Position numbers and translations under genes: made by a program
Notes under the pieces: generated by a model
What the model was told of the DNA's origin: nothing
Seen by the model: the letters and a program-made list of their open reading frames with translations, nothing else
Database searches by the model: none
Assembly (NCBI GenBank): GCA_035221665.1
Contig: CM069165.1
Location: forward strand, 19,964,001 to 20,028,000
DNA from: Okamejei kenojei
Taxonomy: Eukaryota
Reading direction: 5' to 3'
DNA: 64,000 bases
Shown here: in pieces, positions 53,284-64,000 of the stretch
How positions within the stretch are numbered: position 1 is the stretch's first letter
Layout: each line of letters opens with the position of its first letter

Positions 53284-53414
53284 TGTGCAGGAGGGAACTG
53301 CAGATGCTAGTTTAAACCAAAGATAGACACAAAAAGCTGGAGTAACAGCAGGTCAGACAGTATCGCTGGAGAAAAGGAATAGGTAATGTTTCAGATCGGG
53401 ACCCTTCTTCAGAC
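53284..53414 (-). mobile_element. ~130-bp PLE-derived element bounded at the hammerhead core; short TSD ccaggt
   Basis: ...aatgtttcagatcgggacccttcttcagac; ccaggt at 53279 and 53414. Confidence 0.82.
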
Positions 53415-56400
53415 CAGGTATTCTCAGAGTCCAACAGGATAGCACAATATTTCAGAACTTCTAAGCTCTCAGAAAGAGATGTCTATTTGGTGAACCTATT
53501 CTAGGCTAAAGCTGGCGGTTAGTTGCAGAGTTTAAGACAATGACTCTTAATCCTAAAACGTTAATCCTGCTTTTTCCACAAATACTGCCTGACCTGATGA
53601 ATGTTTCCACCATTTAACTGCGTTTAGTTGATTTTTACTGCATGGTTATTTTATAGAAAAAGAGCGAATATTATTTCTAAGATTTTAACAATAGATTTTA
53701 TTTTCTTCAAATGGCTGAAAACATCATCTTTGACATTAATAAACAATCAGTGCCACTGATTCTTCTGACAAATTGGTGATCCTAAGGTCAAGGCCTCACC
53801 AGTTCTGCGATTGTAGAAGGCTCACTGTACCAAGAGGGCCATGTACAGCAGTGGGTCATGCAGGTCTGCCAGACCAAGACTGTACAGTGGCCAAACTGAA
53901 ACTAGTAATGTTACCCAGGTTCAGGCAGAGAATGATTTGTACCACCATTTAAACAAAATATAATGTACAGTTCAGGTGGATCTGGGTATCTTTGTGCATG
54001 CAGGTACACAGAAAATAATTAGGAAAACTATCTGCGGGAAACTTGTATAAGGATTTAGGAATGTTAACACAATTGATTCCTGATATGAATAGTTGATTGT
54101 GTGTAACAATTGTGGGGTCAGGTCTGTACATTTAAGTTAAGAAGAATGAGTGATGATCTCACTGATGCTGCATGGATTGGTGATGAGAGAGGAGGTTTTC
54201 CCTCAGAGGCATCTTGTTCAATAGGACATAATAATAATAATAATCATTTAGACCTACCATCAAGGGTTTAGGGATCTTATCAGTTTTCTATATCAGAGGT
54301 GCGAAGGCCAAGTCACTGAATACACTCAAGACTCAAAGATATTTGGACTTCAGGGGAATGAATGTCATGGAAAATAGTTAGGAAATTAGAGCTCAGCAAT
54401 GAGATAATGGAATGAAGAAACTGGAGCCCACGTCTGCTCCTATTTTGCTCAACATTCAGCAGCCATAACGTTGACACAATCAAACATCACTGTTGAGCAA
54501 TGAGAAATGATTTAACTTGTGCACACGGAGTTCTCATAAACAAGAAAATAATAATGGCCAGATAATTTGTTTTAATGATGCTGATTGAAGAAGAATCTTG
54601 ACACTAATGCAACTCCACCACACCGTGTTTGAAATGTTGTAATTGAATCTTTATGATGTTTGAAGACTTCCAATGTCATAGAAACATTTATACATCTCTC
54701 TTTTAGTGTCTCAGTTAAAAGCTGTACATCTAACAGTGTAGCTCTCATTTGGTATTGCACCCAAGTGACAGGTCTGATGTACTGGTAAGTTTCTGCAAGA
54801 GGACTTAAAATTAACACATGTTGAAATGCATTACTTTCATTATCGGAAACGCTATGAAAGGAAAATTGTCGTTAAAAATGTCTTAGTGATAAATTTAAAA
54901 CAAGAAAGTCATAATTCTGTGATCCCAATACTTTTAAACAGCATTAAAAGAAACAAGGCCGTAGAGCAATTTAACAACAAATAAAACTTATTTCTATGAT
55001 TTTGGTGACAACAAAATATTTAATTGACATGGAAAATATAATTTGCAGCAGAAATATTGGAAATCCATGAACTCTTAGTGAGGATCAATTCTTGTTGGAA
55101 CTATTTAATTGAGCCAGATCTCTTCCAGCCTTCCCACCACCCCCTAATCTCAACAGGCTACAGCCTGAAGCCAGCAAGGATGAAAAATAATAATGAAATT
55201 CCTGCAGAGAGTGTTATTTGGGCTAACAAACTGTGCTGGAAATGACATTAGAGTCCAAATAATTTTATCAGAACTAGGAAAAGTTAAAAGATACCAAGTT
55301 TTACGAGAGCGAGAAAGGGAGAGGAGAGTAAAGGAAGAAATCAAGGTTTATGACATCAAGGAAAGCAAACTAGGTAGCAGAGAGGACCCTCAATTTACAT
55401 GGGGTTTGCATTTCTAGAAAACAGTGCTTATTACAAAAGGAAATGAGAGTTGAATAATAAATTGTATTTACTTTTTGTTCCCTCTTTAAAAATTCCATGA
55501 GAGTGAATTTCATTACACATCTCAAATTTTTGGATAGCAATTTGTGAATTCTGGATGGCCAGTTTTCTTAACCCAAATAGCCAAATCGTAGGCATCACCT
55601 GTAAATAAGTAGGGTAAAAATGCAAAGTGGCCACAGTCCAGAATAGGTGAACATGCAGGGAAGGTTCTAAAATTACTGAAGGAAGGATCTTTGGAATAAA
55701 AGTGATGGAAGACCGATTATTTAAAACTGTTGAACTGAATATTAAGTTTGAAAGATTGTGTGTGGTGCTTCCAGTCAGAAGACGAGCTGCTACTGAGTTT
55801 CACTGGAATGTTGCAGGATGCTGAAGACCACATGGCTGGCGTGTCAATAAAATGGACATAAATTGGACCTTCGATCCAATTGACTGCTTGCAAATCTTTG
55901 TTTTAAACACATTAAACCATGTTTCTCAGAACATCAATACCCAAGCTAATATATCAAAGGTCTTAACGTCCAAGGTATTTTACTGATCTCCAGCCTTCCA
56001 GTATATTCAGTATTTCATGTTTTCTTGCATCATGAAAAAAAAACATTGATAAAAAATTTAGAGAAAACAAATGCACTTGAGACAACCGATTCTCAGCACA
56101 ACATATTTTACCTTACAAACAATGACAAATAACCACACAAATAGTTTGCGCATCACGTATAAAAGAAGATCAAGATATCAAGACTGCCACATGTGCTCTA
56201 TGAAGCAGGTAACCAGTGATTATTTATCAGTCACCTTGGCTGTATTGCAAAATAAGTAAACCTTTAGATCAAGTTTTGAACAGCCAGGTTATGTGCGATT
56301 ATCAACTAATCAATCTTTCAGGAAATGACAAGGTCATTGCACTAGAATCCAAACTTTAGCAAGTAGCTTGAAGTGGGTTCTATCAGTATGTGTGATCTGC

Positions 56401-58704
56401 CTGACATTTGGAGTGGTCATTAATGCTTAAAAGATGATATTTTTTTCTTATTATCCTCACAGTCATTAAACCAACTGCTCAACACCCTCCGTGAGATTGC
56501 CTTGGTTACTCTTCTGGGTGACCTTGTTCACGCTCTTAATAATGCTGTTATTTGTTGGACAAACCACAATCAAATCTGACCTAAAAGTGACAACACAGCA
56601 TAAGCTCCAACTAGATAAACAGCAGCTGTTTAATCAGTTTGGTCTCTCTCCGTCTATGCAATTGACATGCACAATACCTCAATCAGTTCTCTCAGGTCAC
56701 TATATTATATAACCTATAATTTTGTGTGCAATACCTCTACAAAATAAAGCACATTTATGCCATAGAACACACGTCTTAGTTGCACAATATTTCAGACCTG
56801 AATGATAAAGGATATCTGAATTTGAAAACCAACAAATCAAACCAATGAGTAGAGTTGCAACATGCTGATGATTCAGTGACATCAACTGGTCCTTTATTGT
56901 ATTGAAAATGGGTATGTCTGGAATATAGACCAGGTGTTGTTGAAACTCTGGTGGTTTACTTATTACTTTTCCATTGCAAAATGGCACGACGGATGCCAAT
57001 TTAAAAAAAAACAGCACAATTAAAATGCACGCTAAGACTTAAATTTGCCTGTTGATACTTTGTAGCAAGCACGAATGAGGTTTTTTTAAAATTATATAAA
57101 AACCATTAAAAATACAAAACTTCAAAAGATATTTTTGTATTAATATTAAAATTTTCTGTCAAATGCCATAAGAAAGAAAAATCATTGGTATGGCACAATC
57201 ATTGTGTGCCATACCAGAGTAGATATAAAATATAGATTTCAATAATTTTGTGATCCTGGTCAAAATACAAGTAATTATAACATTTTATTGCTAAATGTTA
57301 TGATGGCAATCAGTTCACAGCTAAATGGGCAGCAAAATTGCAACTTTAATCCAAAGTTAATAGTCAAATTAACAACCTCAAGTTTGAATTCCTCTTGAAT
57401 AAGGCCACTTGGCCTCTCACACACTATTCCAGCATGTCCCTGCTATAATCATCCCACCATACTCCACAATTCACTGGAACTAATCCTTTGGACTCTACTC
57501 GATTAAGAACCACTATATATATGTTTTCCTTTGGTATCCCATTGCAAGATTACTACAATTTCATGAAAACCATATTGCCACGCAAAAAGTCCAAAACATA
57601 AAAATAGAGACAGAAGCAACAATTGGGCATAAACATTTCTAGACCCGAGCAAGAGCTTGAATTTCTAAAATCAAGTTACAAAAGAAGCACAATGAACTTG
57701 CGCAATGAAGGCAATTTAGGCAACCGGAAAAGAATATCTAAATTTCAAGGGATAAGAAGCAGCCCACATTTTCTTCAGTGTTTTGTCTTTGATTATGATG
57801 TTACACAGAGGGAGCTGCTAAGTCGGGGACTATCTTGCAGACATTGAATGCGAGGTCCATCCTCACACAGATTTCAGTTGAAGACGGCTTGGAACCGAGT
57901 TGTGCAATGTCAACTCAGATCCCATGGAACCAGAGTGGAATTAGCTATCTGCTTACATCCATGATGATGATGGCAACAAGTGAAATAATAATCAAGGAAG
58001 CGATAAAATGTATTGCTGAAGGTTTCGGCAACAGATAACTGAGGCAAATGAAAGAAGTGGCCAGTGGTGCAACGCTGTCTTTATAAACAGAGAGGACATG
58101 GAAATGTAATCTCAGTGACCAAAAAAGGTCGAGTATAGGTGGCTAATCAAAATAACAAAATTGGTAATAATGAAATAAAGCCTCCGAAGGTTTTTTACAA
58201 CAAAAATATTCCTCTTATTCAAGAGAAAGAACCTGCAGCTTGCCCGAAACCAGAATGGATTGGATAGATCGACCAATATCAGAGGGGTTGCAATAGATAG
58301 AGCTGGAAGTCATGAGCGGCAGGTACAACCTGAAATCAGGTGAGAAATTAGAAGACTTAGGAAAAATCTTCAAAGTGATGGCACTGATACGGGAGGGAGT
58401 GGTGGTCAGTGGTAGTAACAAAAAAAGTTAAGCAAATTGCATTTTTCATGGGCCGAATGGCCTAATTCTGCCCCTACAACATGAAATGGTGGATATTTAC
58501 CAATGATCTTGCTTTCCAAGATTGGCAACCTGGCACCATCTACAGGGAACATGTGGAACATAGGAATAGCAAAGTCACGGAACTAATTTGGTTAAAGATC
58601 CCTCATGGAGAGAAAACAAGTAGATAGCGTGATTTTTTTTTTACATTTTACAGAAGGCAAACTAAAACTTGGGATACAATAAAGATAAAAACATTTATCA
58701 GTGC

Positions 58705-59730
58705 GTTCTACTGCAAACCCACTGACTCCCACGGCTATCTGGACTACACTGCTTCCCACCCTTGCTCCCAGTAAGGACGCTATCCTCTACTCACAATTCC
58801 TCCGTCTACGCTGCATCTGCACCCGCACCCAGGATGAGGTGTTCCAAACCAGGGAATCGGAGATGTCCTCATTCTTTAGGGAACGGGGGTTCCCCTCTTC
58901 TGCTATGGATGAGGCTCTCACCAGGGTCTCCTCTATATCCCGCAGCTCCGCTCTCACTCCCCATCCCCCCACTCGCAACAAGGATCCAACAGGATCCCAC
59001 CACTGGCCACATCTTCCCATCTCCTCCCCTTCCTGCTTTTCGCAGAGACAGCTCCCTCCGTAACTCCCTGGTCAATTTGTCCCTTCCCACCCAAACCACC
59101 CCCGCCCCGGTACTTTCCCTTGCAACCGCAGTAAATGCTACATTTGTCGCTTTACCTCCCGCCTCGAGGTGAGACAGAGGTTCATCTGCACCTCCTCCAA
59201 CCTCATCTACTGCATTCGCTGTATCAGGTGTCAACTGCTCTACATCGGTGAGACCAAGCGCAGGCTTGGTGATCGCTTCGCTCAACACCTCTGCTCAGTT
59301 CCGCAATAACCAGCCTGATCTGCCGGTGGCTCAGCAATTTAACCCCTCCTCACATTCCGTATCCGACCTTTCTGTCCTGGGCCTCCTCCATAGCCAGAGT
59401 TAGGCCCACTGCAAACTGGAGGAACAGCATCTCATATTTCGCTTGGGTAGTTTACACCCCAGTGGTATGAACATTGATTTCTCCAATTTTAGGTAGTCCT
59501 TGCTTTCTGCCTCATTTCCCTCCCCTTCCTAGCTCTCCCGCAGCCTACTGTCTCCGCCTCTTCCTTTATTTTTCCTGTGCCCCCCCCCCCCCGACATTAG
59601 TCTGGGGAAGGGTCTCGACCTGAAACGTTGCCTATTCCTTCGCTCCATAGATGCTGGCTCACCCGCTGAGTTTCTCCAGCTTTTTTGTCTACCTTCGATT
59701 TTTCCAGCATCTGCAGTTCTTTCTTAAACA
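58705..59730 (+). mobile_element. Penelope-like element 3' part (RT thumb, GIY-YIG, tail with mutated hammerhead at 59602-59629)
   Basis: CKPTDSHGYLDY, YSQFLRLRCIC, NLIYCIRCIRCQLLYIGETKRRLGDRFAQH, KLEEQHLIF. Confidence 0.93.
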
Positions 59731-62700
59731 TAACATTTACTGCAGTAATTTATGGAATGAACCCACACAAAATGATTTGACCAAAACCTGAAAGGTTGTT
59801 TAATTACAATTAGAGACTTGGTGCAATCTATTAAATTTAACATGTTCAGCACTGATATCACAGTGATAGAAGCACCTAATCTGAAATTCAAAACCAGCGA
59901 TTGCACCTGCCAAGACTATGTAGACATATAGGTGCACATGCAAATCCTACATGTCGCCAATTTTATAAAGAATTTTGGCAGTATTGCCATTGTCACAATC
60001 ACAGGTTTAATAAAGTTCCAAGCTTTCCGCCCATTGCTCATGACGTAAAATCAAATATAAAGGTTTTGATTCCAATATCCTCTAAACCTGAGATGCATCA
60101 TGCAAGATGGTAAAAACTGAGAACCCAGTTTGTCGCCGCATGGATGGGTGGGGGGGAAGGAGAAAATATGTGAGGTGCAAGGATCTCCTGGTGCCTAGTT
60201 AGGGTGATTTGTGATCATGTGAATACAAGATATGCATGAACCTGTCATAATTTGACAGTCACTATTCAATGCTACTTCACCTTCAATGAAGTCATGGCCA
60301 ATATGTCCCAAATACATTCGACCAGTCTTGGCCATGTAACCCTCAACACACTTGCTGAGCCAAAAAAAAACGTTTCAATCTCATTACTGAAGGTTGTTTT
60401 GGAAGCATTTTTAAAAAAAAGTAGATTTTTCATACTTTGTGCATTCCCGACATCACCTCTTGATACCAGCCTAGAGGTCAAGTAAATAACGGGAGAAAAT
60501 CTGCATGTACTAATTCTGCAAGAAACAGAGCGCCAGAAGAGGGCAAGGGATGTAACATTTCATGGATTGACCAAAGATCTGTGATTTGTTCTACACAGCA
60601 CACAATATTTCACACTTGTACACACACAGTACCATTGGCTGGGGAAATATAACATTTTGCCATCTGGGCTATTGATTTCCCTCACACATTTTACAAATAG
60701 CAATTTGATTTTGAAGGGATTGTTCAACATCGCAGAAATCTGCTATGCAAAGTCAAATGTGCAAGTAAAAATAGCCACTCTGACAGATGTAATTTATAAA
60801 ACAACTATCCAACCTGCCCACTGTGTATTTAATTACATGAATATGGTCTTGACTATTCTGCATAATAGTGAATATTTCATTCACAAAATGTGGAAAAGCT
60901 TTATAGAATATATTTTGGCAGCTCCTTTGCCAAGTCTTTTCAACAAATTATGTTCAGAGACGAGGCAGAATGTGTGGGGATAAGGAAATATTTTTAATGT
61001 TCTGGATATTTATTGTCAGAGTATAAAGACTTCTATATTGCAAGCTATATTAAAGAAAACTGACAAGGGTGAAATTATATGGGAACTGAAACTAACTGCA
61101 GTTTGCAGGCTTGAAAAAGAATGTTGTCATTCGGACAGGAAACATCATGTGCCTTTGACAAGTACAAAGAAAGCCTGTAACTAATATTTATATCTTGCCT
61201 TAAATGTAGGAAGCATTCCAATGTATTTCTTTATTAATTTAAAAGCATAAAATAGATAAGACATGCAAATATTTCAGCACTTGGCATTAGAATTAAGAGT
61301 TAATGGGACCCCCTTAATGTGCAGAATGATTCATACATTCAAAAATTTCCAAACTTGGTCTTTAAACAAACAGCAGAACCTCCAGCAGTAAGGCATGGTT
61401 TCTTTATGCCCCAAGATTAATAGTTTAAAGGTCAAGATCATATATTTCACCGTTAACCAACAAAATCGCAGCATTTCTCCAGAAAACAAACTGCTTTTGT
61501 TTGCACACTGAAGCAAGAAATACTCTAGAATTGGTTTTAAATAATCTGTTCGATACAATTGGGTGGAATCAAATATTTTTTATTCCATTGCCGAAAGGTA
61601 CACCTACAGACATTTCAGGAATGTGGAACTATAAAACATGCTGTGGGTGAAAATTGGCCATTCCCCACACTACTACCACGTTAGCCCACACTTCTTATAC
61701 TATCATGGCTATATTCAAATCTCAGAAAATCACACCAAGAGACACCTACGCACGTCACAATAATCAATTACAAAGTAATCCAATTCCTCATGAACGGACT
61801 GCTGAACTATTTGGGTAGGACACCTAAGAACCAGCAAAAGATTGCGAAGCACACTGCAGAAGCAGCACAAAGGATGTGAAACGCAAACTGAGGGAAGAAA
61901 AAGAGGGAAAAGAATATTATGCTGCAAACCACCACCTGTTTTTTTCTTGCACACTGGATTCATTTTTTATGCTGCATACTTGAAACAGAAGCTATATTAT
62001 TCTAACGGATTAAAGTGTCAGGCAAACCATACAGTTAATGCCTTTTGCAGGCCTCCATTCATTTTTTTTATAATGCAGTATTTTATGCTTCAGCAACTTA
62101 CAAATAACTGATGCCTTATCACACAAAGTGGAGAAACAAGCAGCAGCAACCAGAGCAATTCCCAGTGCTATTCATGTTCTCACTTAACCACAGCTGGTGT
62201 GTAGTTTGCATAGAAAATCCCCACATGCTCCAGCTCTGACAACATTTCACACCAGTCCTGATAAGTTCCAGTATCCACAACTGTGCAATAACCTCCTCCT
62301 TATTTGTTTCACCTGCTCAGTCCCTTCAGGCCCACTAATGGCATGCCTGTGGGATTGTGAGAATCCTCAACCACGCACAGCAGACTTATTTGTAGACAGC
62401 ATTTCTGCATTAGAAACGAGCAGTAAAAAGCAGTGCACAAATGAGCCGAGCATGGCTGAAACTGTACAGTAAGCTTCATGGTAAGCTCATCTGTATGCTT
62501 TCCCTCCAAGAATCTTGATGCTGGTGCCAGATAGTACAAATTGGCATTGCAATTTAGAGCCTCCTTCAGGTTCATGCAGCAAACTCCAATTTGACAATTT
62601 TACAATGAAATGACCAATTACTCGAAATGTGAAATTTCTTACTTTTATACGGGCAAGTTCATTATTTTCCTTCTGCAGTCAAGACTGTGCAGGATACCGA

Positions 62701-62862
62701 CAAACCAAGTCATCTTCACAGAATACACTTTGTTAGTTATAATACACTTGAGCTTCTACATAAATCCACAGATGTAAAATGCATATTATTCAAGACACCA
62801 GTAAAAATAGAGATGATGGGCACATTTATTTGATGCCCATTCATACAAAGCTGTATTATGGG

Positions 62863-63063
62863 TAATCTGCTATGTGTATTTAATAAATCATCCTGGTTAG
62901 GTGGGCAGGATTAGTTACAAGTCACCTAATGACTATATTATGAGCAGCAGTATTAAAAGGATTAATATTAATCTGAGTTGTTTCAGCTAACTGGTGCAGA
63001 TTGTCCACAGTGCTGACAGCAACAGCAGCACCACAAGTAATCCAAAACTGAAGCAAAAGATTA
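62863..63063. promoter_or_regulatory. Candidate intronic enhancer: cluster of K50 homeodomain (TAATCY) sites
   Basis: Six TAATCC/TAATCT sites in 200 bp of apparently repeat-free sequence. Confidence 0.4.
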
Positions 63064-63703
63064 ATGAGAGCTTTAGCATTCCGCCTGCGAGTTTTAATTT
63101 ACCAAATGAAACAGTAAAGCCCAGTGTATATTGCAATTCAGTCCATGAATAAACACACAGCAAGTCTCAGATAGCTGATCCTTGTATTAGCCATTCATTC
63201 ACAATATTCCTCCTGTTACCAATATGACTGAAGCCGCCATGGAATTCCTGCAAGAAGCCAGTTCAATCTTATCTTCCTCACTTAATCATACCAAATGATG
63301 CCAGTTTAAGTCAATCGCTCTGCACTGAAAAGGTAGAGCAGTCTGACCGAAGAATAGGACCAGTTCCTCTACCAACTGACCCCAAAACATTTTGTGGCAA
63401 GTTCACCCATGTCCCAACTAATTCCTCAGCCAACTTCACTAATCCAGTATTCGATCATTCGTCTCATTGCTGTTAATCAGTGTGCACAAATTGACTCCCA
63501 TATGTCCCTTATTACAATGATCAACCGTCAAAAAAATATTCTCAAACAAGTGAGAACTCATACGAGTTGGTGGAAAGTATAATAGCTTTACCTTTACATG
63601 AAAGATAAATGAAGAAAATTAAGATAAACTGAATAGCGTCTCAGGAAACCATAAAACAATTCTTCCCCTTTCTATAGCTGTGAACTGAATATATTTCAAC
63701 TAT

Positions 63704-63990
63704 GCACGGTGGCGCAGCGATAGAGTTGCTGCCTTACAAAGCCAGAGACCAGTGTTCAATCCTGACTACAGGTGCTTTCAGTAGAGAGGTGGTGCGTTTC
63801 CCCCGTGACCTAGGTGGATTTTCTCATAGAGCTCTGGTTTCCTCCCACTCCAAAGACGTATAGGTTTGTAGGTTAATTTGCTCGATAAAATAGTCCCTAC
63901 TGTGTGTAGGATAGCGCGGGGATCGCTGGCCGGTGTGGATTTAGTGAGCCGAAGACCCTGTTTCCGTGTTGTATCTCTATACTAAACTAT
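63704..63990 (+). mobile_element. tRNA-derived V-domain SINE (HE1-like)
   Basis: gcacggtggcgcagcgatagagttgctgcc (A box), gttcaatcc (B box), V-domain-like core, tail gccgaagaccctgtttccgtgttgtatctctatactaaac. Confidence 0.85.
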
Positions 63991-64000
63991 TGACTGCTCA

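Noticed and set aside
61770-61880. Protein-like frame VIQFLMNGLLNYLGRTPKNQQK...
   Set aside because: No recognisable homology or splice signals.
62520-62580. MNLKEALN (- strand) resembles GBF1 exon 3 'HLKEVLN'
   Set aside because: There is no DEERDPLL-like upstream sequence and no fitting splice sites. Exon 3 probably lies beyond the window.

Overview
AT-rich vertebrate genomic DNA. The repeat content (V-domain/HE1-type SINEs, CR1 LINEs, Penelope-like elements) points to a cartilaginous fish, probably a skate or ray; this is inference. The whole window lies inside GBF1 (Arf-GEF) on the minus strand. Eight coding exons with GT-AG boundaries and matching phases run from 34581 down to 795 (human exons ~4-11: DCB domain, linker, start of HUS). 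A candidate in-frame 36-nt cassette exon lies at 4297-4332. I found no further GBF1 exon in 34582-64000, which is read as one large intron. Introns are full of decayed CR1, Rex1/Babar and L2 LINEs, SINEs, Harbinger-type MITEs, a Tc1 end and Penelope-like elements (PLEs). The most notable signal is about 16 copies of a minimal hammerhead-ribozyme motif (CUGAAGA-A-GGGU-CUCG-ACCC-GAAA-CG-UC). It occurs in PLE 3' ends and in ~130-200-bp non-coding insertions, several with TSDs. Their boundaries repeatedly fall at the ribozyme core, and several form long hairpins with the core at the apex. A dense cluster of K50-homeodomain sites at 62863-63063 is a candidate enhancer. All calls were made by eye without database searches, and repeat boundaries are approximate.
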